64,000 nt of DNA from Octopus sinensis (taxonomy: Eukaryota), in the NCBI RefSeq assembly GCF_006345805.1, contig NC_043013.1, positions 18,848,001-18,912,000 on the forward strand. Direction: 5' to 3'. Shown here piece by piece: positions 1 through 12,940 of the stretch. Within the stretch, counting starts at the first letter, position 1; each line of letters begins with the position of its first letter. A program made the position numbers and the translations under genes. The notes under the pieces were generated by a model. It searched no databases. It was not told the origin of the DNA and saw nothing but the letters and a program-made list of their open reading frames with translations.

Positions 1-759
1 TCTCCGTTTACGGCCGTTTCAAAAACTTGATGAAAAATCATCCCATATCAATTCATGGCCGCAACAACCGAGATATTTCGGCTGCGTGCAGCCGGAACGG
101 AGACGTATTGGGATTTTCCGGACTGGGCTCACCCCTTTCTAGGACGCGTCAGCACTGCAAACCAGGAACACAAAGTTTCGGTCGTGTATGTCCTCTGATC
201 GTTGGAGAAACTACAGAGCGTATTCCATTCACAGGCTCAAGGTCCATTCATCGTTTCTCTTCACAGGAACTGTAACGAGAGCCTTAAAAGAAAAACAAGC
301 ATGTAAGCGCAAAAACTAAGTGGGATTATAATTTTCTAAATGTCCACAGTGAATGAAAACCAACTACGTTTGTGTACATGAAATGTGGCAAGCCTCTGCA
401 TATATCATTTTCTATCGTCTAAATTCTTCTTTCAATGAACATGTTCCCACCTCTCTCAAAGAATAAAACGTTTAAATCCGGACCATCAGAGTTAAATACA
501 AATTTCATAATGAACGGGCTGATACACAGTCACGCGTTGTAATTTCATCCCTCCTCCTCACCTAAATTACATAAAATTGCTTTAAAGTACAGGTTTATGC
601 TACATCCTCCCTCCCCCCGTGGCATGTCTTTTAACTAGACTGTCTATTGTACATGGCATGCACGTGTCTTAAATGAAACGTGGACGCATTCAGGCAGGTC
701 GTTATATAAGGATTAGTATGAACTCATGTTTTCCTTTATGCCTACGTGTGGTGAATTGC

Positions 760-1015
760 TATTAGTAATGTTTGTTCCTTCTGGAGCCATGCCTGGCTCA
801 TAAGGGCCGGTTTTCCGGTTTCCTTCGCGTATAGGTTCCCCACCTGAACGTGACACCGGTCCGTCGCAAGTGAGCTGCAAGATGCAGGAGGAAAGAATGA
901 GAGAAAGTTATCGCGAAAGAGTCAGCAGATGTTCGCCATTACCTTCTGTCAGAGCCGCGTGGAGCTTAGGTGTTCCGCTCATATACACACACATCACCCG
1001 GTCTAAGAATATTCC
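760..1015 (-). mobile_element. SINE fragment, family C central domain with a different 3' tail
   Basis: The reverse complement shares 'gagcggaacacctaagctccacgcggctc...actctttcgcgataactttctctcattc' with the SINE at 42413. It then has a V-domain-like stretch and a tail resembling 25816-25965. Confidence 0.55.
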
Positions 1016-1131
1016 TTTACGGCTGCTGTAGTTTAACTCTTTTTGTTTTCACGGCTTGAACACCAATTGAAAAATTCAAATTTCATGGCAAAGAATCCAA
1101 AATAGAATCCAAATTATATATATATATACGT

Positions 1132-1265
1132 ATATATAAAATTTTAAAATAGGATAAAATCTTTATAAGAATTCATCAAGTAGTCAGCGTGAAAAACCTG
1201 ATAAGGAAAAATTTCATATATATACACACACATATATATACATACATGCACACACACGCGCACAC

Positions 1266-1303
<38 letters not shown>

Positions 1304-1397
1304 ACACACACACATGATTTTCTTCCTTATGAGGTTTTTTACGCTGACTACTTGATAAATTCTTATAAAATATTATCCTATTTTTAAATTATATATA
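1132..1397. repeat. ~85-bp inverted repeat pair flanking a (TA)/(CA) microsatellite
   Basis: 1132-1217 (ataagaattcatcaagtagtcagcgtgaaaaacctgataagg) is the near reverse complement of 1314-1397 (ccttatgaggttttttacgctgactacttgataaattcttat). Confidence 0.85.
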
Positions 1398-1607
1398 TAT
1401 AATATATATATATATATACATACATACGTATCTTGTGTTAGTGTGTGCGTGAGTGAGTGTTCGTGTTTATCTTTGTCTCTGTTTTTGGTACCCCACCCAT
1501 CTCGACAATTGTGTTGGTTTGCTTACGTCCATGTAACTTTACAGGTAGGCAGAAGGCAGCAATAGAATAAGCACCAGCCTGTAAAATATGAGTGCTGGGT
1601 TCCACAC

Positions 1608-1674
<67 letters not shown>

Positions 1675-1682
1675 ATGTATAT

Positions 1683-1828
1683 GTACGATGGGTTTCTCTC
1701 ACTTTCCGTCTACCAAAGTTACTCAGAAGGCGTTGATCGGCCCGATGTTGTAGTAGAAAGCACTTGCCCAAGGTGCCACGCCGTGTGGTTTGGAGGCATG
1801 CTTCTTACTACACAGCCACGCCTGCGCC
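1683..1828 (-). mobile_element. SINE family A head, diverged
   Basis: Reverse complement of the tRNA-like head plus 'ttgggcaagtg' core seen at 4380. Confidence 0.7.
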
Positions 1829-2028
1829 TATAAAATACAATTATTTTCTTTATTAAAGAAGATCTATCAAATAGAGTTTCTTTAAGACACAGGAATTAAA
1901 CTATTTTTGTAAGAAATTTCTTTCTTAAACAGTTCTTCTAATACCATGTTCCATCTATGTTCTATTTCAATATTCTTGCTTATTGTTAAGCTTATTCACC
2001 GACAAATTCTTTTCATTATATACATATA

Positions 2029-2247
2029 CACGAAGGGATACTGAAAATTTCTTGGCCTTAAGGGTATCGCGGAAGGCCTGGCTGGAGGCTCAACTTTCCA
2101 AGTTCTTATACAGGACTTAGAAAAACTGAAGGACTGCCGCAATAAGTGTGTGAATCTGAGAGGGGAACATGTTGAATAAAATCAATTAATTGAGCCGCCT
2201 TTTTTTTTCTTTTACCCAAAGGTAGAAACCTTTAAACACTTCATCGT
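2029..2247 (+). mobile_element. mariner-derived MITE-like element
   Basis: Degenerate TIR-like ends (cacgaagggatactgaaaatttc / gaaacctttaaacacttcatcg). The interior encodes the mariner C-terminal motif LEKLKDCRNKCVNLRGEHVE*. Confidence 0.6.
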
Positions 2248-2299
2248 ATATAAATACACACACACGCGAGCGCGCACACACACACATGTATGATTGCTG

Positions 2300-4290
2300 A
2301 AATTTACAGAAAAAAAAAGACGAAGACAGGTGTATGAACAACAACTAGGTGTACTAGTCTGACCCTCGGGAAAGTGAGAAAGTCCTTTACGTTTCGAGTC
2401 TACACTCTTCAACAGAAAGGAACACGAGGAAATAAACAGAGTGAGAATAAAAAAAAATGGATTTAGCGATGGAGCATAGAGGGTGGTTGGGAAAAAAATT
2501 ATTAGAAAGAAGGGAGATAATAAAGTATTGGTGATCCCAAAAACTAAAGTGCGCGTGGGCGTGTGTATGTCAAAAAGTGTGTGTGTGTGTGTTGGGGCTC
2601 GTGACTTCGACGTGTGAATGTGTGTGTGTAATTGTGTGCGTCTATAATGTGTGGGTGATAGTGAGTGGGTGATGGTTTGTGGGTGTGTGAACGATAGTGT
2701 GTGGGTGTGTAGATGATGGTGTGTGGGTGTGTAGATGATGGTGTGTGGGTGTGTAGATGATGGTGTGTGGGTATGCAGATGATATATGATGTGGGTGCTG
2801 GGAAGTGATCAGTGCTTGTGTGTGTGTGATGGGGAGTGATGTGGTGTGGGGTTGGGGTGAGTATGTGGGGGAAGGGAAGTGAGAGTTGTAGCGTAGGCGT
2901 GGGGTACATGGGAGTGGGATTTGTGGGTGTGTTGTGTGGGTGGTGAAGGTATCAATGAAGAAAGAAGTGGGTAGGAGTGAAGAGATGAAGTAAGTGTCAA
3001 AGGAAGAGAGGAGAGGAGAGATGGTTAGGAGTGAGGAGAGGAATTAGGTGTCAAGTGAAGAGAGGAGAGGAGGGGAGTCAGATGAAGAGAGGACTGGAGT
3101 TGAGCCCATTTGACGCAAAGGACTGAAGAGAGAAGATTAATTCCTGTTCACGGTGAAAGCGGGAGTCCGGATAGCACCTGTGCAAAGACAATCCAAACAC
3201 AGACAGGTGTTGTAGCGAATGACAAGTAGAACGGAAATGGCACGAGACCGGGATGTCATTGCCATGTGGGATGTCTCGGAGGTGCTCCGCGAACCGATCA
3301 CTCAAGCGGCGTCCCGTTTGACCGATGTACAGAGAAGGGCAGAAAATGCAAGAGATGCAGAAAATGACGTTGCTAAAAGTGCAGGTAAAGGAGTCGGTAA
3401 TACGATAGGGACGATGTTTGGTGCCTGTGAAGATAGTGGTGTTGGAGAAGCAGGAGTAAGTACAGCAGCGTGGGCGGGAGCAGGAGAACGAGCCTGGCCG
3501 GGAGGTGGGGTTAGAGAAGAAACTGTGGAACAGGAGGTCACGCAGATTGTAGGCTCGTTTGAAGACGAGAAAGGGTAGGTTGGAGAAGATGTGCGAGGTG
3601 GAGGGGTCAAACTGGAGTCGTCAGAAGGCCCGATGAATGGTGCGTTGGAGGGGTACAGTGGAAGGGTGGTAGGTGAGGGGAAACTAGAGACAGGCAACGG
3701 CAGAGCCGAGTGCGGGAAGAGAGAGCAGAGGTACGGTCCATGGAACGTACTCTGGCGAGGGCTGTGTGAATAGTGGTGAGAGGATATCCACGGAGCATGA
3801 AGTGGCAAGCCATGAGTTGAGACTGAATCTCAAAGCCATGGATTGGGAGTAGGGGATGGAGAGCGTGGTGTAAGTAGGGTGGGTGGGCGAGAAATTAAAG
3901 TATGAGTGTGTTTGTAGTGGATGGAGGTAGTTAGAGCGGAGTGGTGTATGCTGACTGAAATATCACGAAATGCGACGGAAATGTGGGAAATAGTGAGGGA
4001 GAATTCGAGGGTTGGACGGAAGGATTGGACAAGGAGAGGAAGGCGTCTGGTTGTTAGCGGGAGAGCGAGGTTACACCGATACAATCATCAATATACGCAT
4101 AGTCCGGGAGTGGAAGGTTGGGACGAGAGACGGGAGGGGGAAGAGTGTAGGGTGTTGAAGTAACGGAAGGGTTGGGGTGAGGATGATGGGGAGGGGTATC
4201 GGGGAGGAAGGGATGAGGGTTGTGGCATCGGGCGTGACGGTATAAACCTCTGTCCACACAACGACACGTGCGCTGATAGCCACGCTTATA
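2300..4290 (-). mobile_element. Penelope-like retroelement, 5'-truncated and frameshifted, with low-complexity 3' region and terminal repeat
   Basis: RT motif YAYIDDCIGVTSLSR (~4110-4055), thumb-like FSLTISHISVAFRDISVSI...LTTSIHYK, and GIY-YIG-type C-terminus SDRFAEHLRDIPHGNDIPVSCHF...REQELIFSL..NGLN (3305-3078). This RT plus C-terminal GIY-YIG order is characteristic of PLEs. Confidence 0.8.
2383..2421 (-). ncRNA. Hammerhead-like motif (A6U core variant) in the PLE terminal repeat
   Basis: Minus strand reads ccttt CTGTTGA A GAGT-gtag-ACTC GAAA CGT A aagga. It has stem I, a 4-bp stem II, palindromic ACGU stem III and a GUA site; position 6 is U instead of A. Confidence 0.45.
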
Positions 4291-4379
4291 TATAGAAAAA
4301 AATCACCTCAGGAGTTGCCACCAGGCAAAACAGCAAGTTTCAAGTCAACTCTAATTTCGTATATATATATATATATATA

Positions 4380-4788
4380 GGCGCGCAGGAGTGGCTGTGT
4401 GGTAAGTAGCTTGCTAACCAGCCACATGATTCCGGGTTCAGTCCCACTGTGTGGCATCTTGGGCAAGTGTCTCCTGCTATAGTCCCGGGCCGACCAATGC
4501 CTTGTGAGTGGATTTGGTAGACGGAAACTGAAAGAAGCCTGTCGTATATATGTATATATATGTATGCGTGTGTGTTTGTGTGTGTGTGTGTTTGTCCCCC
4601 TAGCATTGCTTGACAACCAATGCTGGTGTGTTTACGTCCCCGTCACTTAGCGGTTCGGCAAAAAGAGACCGATAGAATAAGTACTGGGCTTACAAAGAAT
4701 AAGTCCCGGGGTCGATTTGCTCGACTAAAGGCGGTGCTCCAGCATGGCAGCAGTCAAATGACTGAAACAGGTAAAAGAGTAAAAGAGT
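4380..4788 (+). mobile_element. Full-length SINE family A (tRNA head, CORE-like domain, internal microsatellite, tail ending in (gagtaaaa)n)
   Basis: A/B-box-like head (gtggctgtgtggtaag...gggttcagtccc) and 'ttgggcaagtg' CORE-like motif, with near-identical copies at 31678, 34832 and 36301. Resembles the octopus OR2-type SINE from memory (not verified). Confidence 0.9.
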
Positions 4789-5462
4789 ATATATATATAT
4801 ATATGCGTATATTAGTGTATGCAAGTATGTATATGTGTGCGTGTGTGTATACGTGAATAAGTATGTTAGAGAGAGTGTGTGTGTGTGTCTGTGTGTCTGG
4901 GTGTCTGTGCTTTTGCTGCGGTTCTGGGACACAGTGACTGTCTATAGAATTCCATTCAGTTATTGAGCAGACACAACTTGGTACTGTAAAACATGCCAAT
5001 GGTGCCACGCTTTGGGAGCGAACCAAGAAATTCTACACGGCAACTCAACGTGAGAATTGGTTTCTAATACTCTTTGGTTTGTCTGTCTGTTTGCCTGTCT
5101 GTCTATCTCTGTCTGCCTGTCTGTCTCCCCCTCTCTCCCACTCTCTCCCTCGTAGATAATTTACTGCACAGATTACATATGCTTTATCATTCACTCGTTA
5201 TTCATTTCATGCAATTATAATTGCAAATTTAGATTGCGTTTAATTTTCTTATCTATCCATCTCTCTCTCTCTATATATATATATCTCTGTCTGTCTGTAT
5301 GGCTGTTTGCCACGCACACATAATACAAATATATATGTGCACATAACAAACAACTAAACACACACACACATACACACGCAGATATACCTACATACAAGCA
5401 TACATGCGTATAGACACACATGCATTCTTATCTACCTATCTTTCTATATCTCCCTACAATGC

Positions 5463-5616
5463 ATTTTAGATAGATAGAGAGATAGCTACGAGAGAAGATA
5501 TACATACATGCACACACACACACACACACACATATAATCCATTTTAGATAGAGAGATAGCTACGAGGGAAGATATACATACATGCACACACACACACACA
5601 CATATATATATATGTC

Positions 5617-5650
<34 letters not shown>

Positions 5651-5720
5651 CATTTTAGATACACACATATATATATATAATACATTTTAGATAGAGAGAT
5701 AGCTATGAGGGAAGATATAC
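5463..5720. repeat. Three-copy tandem unit with microsatellite spacers
   Basis: 'cattttagatagagagatagctacgagggaagatatacata'-like unit at ~5463, ~5540 and ~5682. Confidence 0.7.
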
Positions 5721-5743
5721 ATAGATACATACACACACACATA

Positions 5744-5788
<45 letters not shown>

Positions 5789-6450
5789 ACAAATACATAT
5801 ACATATATATGCATGTAAATATATATATGTGTGTGTGTGTATACATCCCCTCTACTCTCACACCCACTGAGGAGTTTACTCATCTCTCTAGGTATCTCCC
5901 TCCAACTTTAATTACTCATATATCTGTTCGGGTAGAAGCGTTGGCGGTGCTGATCCTAATTGTAGTTCTTTCGAGGTACTAACCGACATCCGGAATGTTC
6001 AGCTCACTAAATGAGTTCATTAATATATATGATTAAAACTCCACGTTCAATGAATCCATTTTTCTGAGGTTTTGCATTAAACATATTCTTTAGTCTGCGA
6101 CCAACCCACTCAGCTTCACTACGACCATAGCTATACACACGCGCATGCAAACGCTCGCACACACACACTCTCACGCACACGCGCGCGCATGCGCGATCTC
6201 CGTTTGTTATAGACTTCAATAAAACAGTCAATTATGGTATCACATATTAACATATAATCAAACACTGATTTTTTTTTCCTCTCTCAAAAGATTAAATGTA
6301 AAAAGTAAAAAAAAGAAATTATAAATAAAAAAAAACATTAATAAACATCGTAACCGTGTGTTCCTACTCACTGCCTCAATTATGCATGCAAGCAAGCATG
6401 TATGCATTTGTGTGTATGAGTGCGTATACATACATACATGTACATGCATA

Positions 6451-6481
<31 letters not shown>

Positions 6482-6569
6482 ATGTATGTATATATATGGA
6501 TGTATGAATGAATATATATATATAATCATAAGTATATTATACGTATGCCTAAAAGCTGATATACATATA

Positions 6570-6601
6570 TATGCAAATATATGTATCCATATATCTATCT
6601 A

Positions 6602-6682
<81 letters not shown>

Positions 6683-6693
6683 TATATATATTA

Positions 6694-6749
<56 letters not shown>

Positions 6750-6750
6750 A

Positions 6751-6829
<79 letters not shown>

Positions 6830-6845
6830 TATATATATATATATA
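6570..6845. repeat. (TA)n microsatellite array
   Basis: Directly visible. Confidence 0.95.
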
Positions 6846-7849
6846 TGTAATAATAATAAATGTATGTACTTATACGCACATATATTTACATACATACAGA
6901 GAAATACACACGCACACACACATATGCACATAATGTATTTACAGGCATACATATAACCATAGACATGGACGCCATAGCTACACCTCTGTTATGACTAATT
7001 CTTCCGCTCACCCCGACCATATTTCCTTTTCAACACCTTCTAGTCTCCTCCCACCATGTTTTAGTTCGATACAAAATCAACTGAACATTCGTCCTATTAT
7101 CTTATTCAAACTCTCTGTATTCACTTTTTCTAGAACTAAATTCCTCAAAACTCTTCAGTATAACAGTTCAGATCTTAAATTTTTTTTTCTGTGATATTCA
7201 TAGAAATTTAAAGATGCTAGTTTATGGCACCTACTATTGCCAATAATTCTCTTACATATACAAAACCGTAAAAGAAACAAAGTTGCGTTAAACAAAGAGC
7301 ATTGCCCTGGGACGGTCACGTTCTTACATATGAAGTCGGTATGTTACCATAAATTGAAAAGATTAGGTGTTATTGCAGGAAAATTTCTTCGGTTTACACA
7401 ATTTCGCCTTCTGATATAATATCGGTCGTACATATTGATTTAAAGATGAGGAATATAGATAATATTGACAAAGTAGATACTAGCTGTGCACAAGTTCTTT
7501 CAGTCATTATCTTATCACTGCTTTGGGGAGATTTACTAAATGTGCCGAATGATTTGGTTTTCTTCTTTTGGCATTTAAAGCGCTACTTCCTTTAATTTCC
7601 TCAGTTGTCCTGTATCAGGAAAGCCAGAAGTTAACATCATATTTGAACTCCACTAAGCAACAATCTAGGTTTTAAGTTCAATACGAAAGGGTTCTTTATT
7701 CTAAGAGGTTCGTTATTATTTCTTTCTTGCTATTCTTAAATTTCTTCTCAACTTCGATTCTGGTTTTCTCTTTTTCACTTCATCATCATTTTCTTTTATT
7801 TCATCTCACTCTCTTTCTGTCTCTGCCTCTGTCACTATCTCTGTTTCGC

Positions 7850-7882
<33 letters not shown>

Positions 7883-9486
7883 TACACACACATACTTACA
7901 CACCATAGAACCAACTTTCTTATTGTTCTCTCTCAAAACATTCTTCCCTTCCGACATTCGGGTCTACAGAAGTCTTACAGTTGGACCAAATGACGATCAA
8001 GAGTAATATACACTTTGGTAAACACGGAGAGAAAGAGAGAAAGAGAGGGGGGAGAAATGGAAAGAGTGAGAGAGACAGAGAAAGAAAGACAGGCACAGCC
8101 ACATCATACAAATACTAAACATGGTTTTAACTTACTTAGAATTGCTCAAATATTTTTAATTATTCGATTCCTCTTTAAATAAAGATAACAAACATTTGAA
8201 AATATTCCACACCAGAACTGATTCAATGCATCTCGTTCTTGTAAACATCTAATTACCGGTTCCCACTGACGGTGCTGAATTGGTAAGATTTCATTCTAGA
8301 GCGAATCTAAAACTAAACATTTACTGACGGAAGTGTTTAACCAAACCTGACCATTTTCGAAATTGAAAGAGAGTTTGAAATAACGGTGTTTGGTTCCACT
8401 GATTGTTCCCAGCTATCTACATTGCTAGTTGATGATTAATAAAAATGGTAAAATTGTAAATACTTCCAATGTGTCAATAGAATCAGAAGACATCTACTGC
8501 TTCGTCTAAGATTGTTTTCTAAAAACAACATTACATTGACTGGTCGATTTTGATTTAACTTGTCAGACGGTGATGTTTATTACAAGAAATACAAATTTAA
8601 TAGTACTTATGCGTTGCTAAATACACACATCAAAAATCGTTTAGAGGGTAAAAATATCAACATTCGAATTGATAAAAATTGCTCACCTAGAAGAGTTGTT
8701 TATTCAATTGTTGAGTATAGTTAAAATGGCTGGAAGAGACAATAATTTGATATCTGGGCAGAGATAAAATAGTTCAGGGGAAAATGCATTTGGTTAAAAT
8801 GTTTTCGGAAGGAAAAACATATTAACCCTTCAATTGCGAAATAAAATATCATGGTTAGAATAAAATGTCATAGTAAAATAGAACTGGTATTTTCCCCAGG
8901 TTACGTTGCCTCAATAAACCTGACATATCTCAGCAAAAACTAAAACGTGACATACCTCGCGAAAATATTGATTGGTGCGTAAAATTAGTTTCTGCAGTTA
9001 AGAGTAATGAAATTTTGAGTGGAAATATCTGACGTCCGCTGTTAAAGGATTAAATTATGATCTGAGTAGGGGCAAGCTGAAGGGAAATATATATTAGATT
9101 CAAATCTAAGTAAAAGTTCAATGGCTGAGAGAAACAATGTTTAAAAAAATTGAAAAGACGTGAAATATCCGAGGGAGACATTTCGTTAAAATCTGAGAAA
9201 TAAGCTTAACTTTTTGGGCGAGGGTTATGATAAAATTATTTAAAAAACTGAATTGAGGTGAAATAGCTGTAATACGGAGGTAGCTATGTTAACTACCATT
9301 TAAGTTATTAAAGACTTTGCCAGCTACTTTAGAGGAATAAGCTCTAAGGTGGTTGGCAAAGTTTTTATATCTTCGGATAGAATGTATTGGAATAATTTTT
9401 ATGGCTCTCTGTGTGCCGAGTTCAAATTTCTTTGAGGTCAATTTTATCTTCCGTCCTTTTGGTGTCAATATATAAGGTGCCATCAA

Positions 9487-9643
9487 GGCGGCGAACTGGC
9501 AGAATCGTTAGCACGCCGGACAAACTGCTTAGCGGCATTTCGTCCGTCTACACGTTTTGAGTTCAAATTCCGCCGTGGTCGACTTCACTTTTCATCCTTT
9601 CAGGGTCGATGAGATAAGTATCAGTGGAGCACTGGGGTCGATG
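9487..9643 (+). mobile_element. SINE family B (tRNA head plus Deu/Nin-like domain), 3'-truncated
   Basis: ggcggcgaactggcagaatcgttagc...gagttcaaattccgcc...tttcatcctttcagggtcgat; matches the copy at 17134. Confidence 0.85.
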
Positions 9644-10194
9644 TACGGTGCTTGTTACCAAGTCATTTTTGATAGCGAATGACACTCTTTAAATCTATAT
9701 CGATCATAAAATATTTATTAACAAAAATTCAAAACAAATATATCTCAAAGAAAATATGTTTTTACTGTAAGCACAAATGTATGTATATAATGTATATGCA
9801 CACACACACACGCACACACGTTCGCGCACACATGCTTCTCAGACAAATGCTTTAGATACATAGTTTCAAAGCTGCATCTCGCCTCAGCCGCTACGTTCTG
9901 TTCTTGGCTAAATTGCACTTTTCTTCAACACAGTTTATATTTACAATCTGTTAAGGGTTTTAGCCACAGGTGGATCCTGATCGAGAAGAGACATATGATT
10001 AAAAAATTGTAGTTATGACACACAACCTTTTTAAATTCCACCAATGAAGTTTGCTAATTGATGTAGTGAAGTTTTAAAATTTTGATATGTAATGAATGCC
10101 CTAGGTTAATCTTGATTGAGCAGGACTATGATCAAACTCAGTTCAACCATGAACACGCCGTTTAAAAATTCTTTAATTAATATTACTAATCAGG

Positions 10195-10260
10195 GTAAGG
10201 CAGCGAGCTGGCAAAATCGTTAGCACGCTGGATAAAATGCTTATCAGCATTTCGTCCGCT
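10195..10260 (+). mobile_element. SINE family B head fragment
   Basis: aaggcagcgagctggcaaaatcgttagcacgctgg... Confidence 0.7.
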
Positions 10261-10409
10261 ACAAGACAAGACATTCTTATCCAAAGAAACTAAATATTTT
10301 AACAGAGCAAACATTTAAGAGTAGATATAACCTGCATACAATCTCCTTCTCACAAAGAAATAAAATCAATTTATCTTCTCACGTTATGTCTGGAAACCGA
10401 ATGACGCTC

Positions 10410-10685
10410 CTCACTTTTTTCCGAACCAAAATAAGGGATTTGCAGCATATTAGAAGGCAGTGTACTTGATTCCACGCCAAAAAATCCGAGTGTGTTTTTT
10501 TCCTTAGTGAAAATCGTGATGGTGAAAAGATCAATGGGGGTGGGGGTGAAATTTCTGAGGCTTCCATCTCAATCCATCCCGTTTTTCGGACCCAAAAAAA
10601 GGTTTTGCAGCATATTAGTCAGGGTACTTGATTCCACGCAAAAAATCCGAGTTTTTTTTTCTTTTTTCTTAGTGAAAATCGTACG
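10410..10685. repeat. Imperfect tandem duplication, period ~165 bp
   Basis: 'tttgcagcatattag...gtacttgattccacgc.aaaaaatccgag...ttagtgaaaatcgt' starts at 10439 and 10604. Confidence 0.8.
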
Positions 10686-10713
10686 AGTGTTACTCAAAGA
10701 ATTTACCTTTTTC

Positions 10714-10757
<44 letters not shown>

Positions 10758-11049
10758 TTTCTTTCTTTCCTTCTTTCTTTCTTTCTTTCTTTCTATCCCT
10801 CTATAATCCTTTTTATTTTCCGTTTCTCCCTCTCCTTTGCTGTACCCTGTTTATCTTGCATTCACACCCTACTATCTTTCGTTCCTTCTCCCTTCTTACT
10901 CCCTTTGTTTATTTCCCTCATTCCCTCGCTTGTCCCCACTTTCCTCTGCCTGTTTGCCCCCACGTGACTACAGGCCATTTCTCTCACCTCTGTCATTTCT
11001 GGACCAGACGTCCTCTCAGCTGGGTGTCGTTTTCCTTGTCTCCCGGTAT

Positions 11050-11267
11050 TTGGCAGAATCGTTAGCACGCCGGGCGAAATGCGTAGCCGTCTGCCATTTC
11101 GTTCTGAGTTCAAACTCCGCCGAGGTCGACTTTACCTTTCATCCTTACGGGGTCGATAAATTAAGTACCAGTTACGCACTGGGGTCGATATAATCGACTT
11201 AATACCTATGTCTGTCCATGTTTGTCCCCTCTATGTTTAGCCCCTTGTGGGTAATAAAGAAATAGGT
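11050..11267 (+). mobile_element. SINE family B
   Basis: Aligns by eye with the 17134 copy through the tail 'gccccttgtgggtaataaagaaatagg'. Confidence 0.85.
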
Positions 11268-11739
11268 ATTTTTCTTTCTTTATTTTTTTTTGTCTTCTAT
11301 TATTTCCCTCTCTTCTATTTGTTCTATATCCTTTCAAAATTTCTCCCTGGCCTTACACATTACAATGCGTCTTGGACTAACGGCCCTTAATGTTTGTATT
11401 CGTCGATTGCTTACTCCGTACTTCCTCTCTACCGTTCTTTGTTCATTCGAAGCTCTAACTCTCCACAAATTTTATATTTCAAAAATTTCTGGATGCCGCT
11501 GTTTTATGAAGGTCTTCTATCTTGCCGTTGAAAGCTCGAAATAGGGAGTAATTAACTGAAGAGGGGTTAGACTTCTTCGGGTAGTTTGTCCAGTACTTAT
11601 CTCTCGCATGCTTACGTATTTTTCACTCGTTAGTAATCTCCTGTATTTGATGTATTTTATATCTATTTATATATGTATATACATATACATACATATACAT
11701 ATAAATAATATATACGAATATTGGTATGTATATATATTC

Positions 11740-11788
11740 AATTTCTACACATACAGAGAGTATATATATATATATATACTCTCTGTAT

Positions 11789-11840
<52 letters not shown>

Positions 11841-11924
11841 TATATATATATATATATACAATATATACATATACATATATATATATACATATATATACAT
11901 ATATATATAATATATATATATAAC

Positions 11925-11965
<41 letters not shown>

Positions 11966-11980
11966 TATACTCTCTGTATG

Positions 11981-12012
<32 letters not shown>

Positions 12013-12040
12013 ATATATACATGCATATATATACATACCA
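11740..12040. repeat. Interrupted (TA)n array
   Basis: Directly visible. Confidence 0.95.
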
Positions 12041-12412
12041 ATCACACACACACATATATATGTATATTAATACGTTTTAGTAAGTGGATGACACTGCGTA
12101 GCTTTGTTACGTGTGGACAAAGAAAAATACACAGACAGACACATACACGCGCACGCCCCCACACACGCACAGCCGCACATATACGAAAATGCATAGTTCT
12201 ACAAGCCCACGAACATCTAATCAATTGTCTGTCCTAATTGGAATGGTTCCTGCACCAATTTGGAAATATTGCCCTATGCGATGGCAAGAATACGAAATAA
12301 CAACATTGGCAGATCAAATACGAGTGAAAAATAATTCTATTTGTGTACAGGTGGGCGTAGCCAGAAGAGTAGGATTCCTAACACAAACACACACACACAC
12401 ACACACTCACAA

Positions 12413-12479
<67 letters not shown>

Positions 12480-12537
12480 CACACACACAACAAAAATCAG
12501 GAACAGACGCAGATGTATGGCCGCATATCGATCAGTC

Positions 12538-12538
12538 A

Positions 12539-12629
<91 letters not shown>

Positions 12630-12652
12630 ATGTATCTATCTATCTATCTATC

Positions 12653-12689
<37 letters not shown>

Positions 12690-12719
12690 ATATATCTATC
12701 TATCTATCTATCTATCATG

Positions 12720-12799
<80 letters not shown>

Positions 12800-12802
12800 A
12801 TG

Positions 12803-12862
<60 letters not shown>

Positions 12863-12865
12863 ATG

Positions 12866-12938
<73 letters not shown>

Positions 12939-12940
12939 GT
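12538..12940. repeat. (TCTA)n array with recurrent 'catg' interruptions
   Basis: Directly visible; interruptions at 12629, 12716, 12799 and 12862. Confidence 0.95.

Noticed and set aside
1-103. GAAACGGCCGTA with a potential 8-bp stem I on the minus strand
   Set aside because: No CUGANGA core at the required position.
1-500. Possible piggyBac transposase or Cys-rich tail remnant
   Set aside because: Similarity needs several frameshifts and is too weak. 1-112 could equally be a hairpin-rich element end (tctccgtt / aacggaga).
7200-7520. Signal-peptide-like MTERTCAQLVSTLSILSIFLIF... and a Cys/sequon-containing frame on the minus strand
   Set aside because: Frames are broken by stops, there are no good splice signals, and the pattern is explicable by chance.
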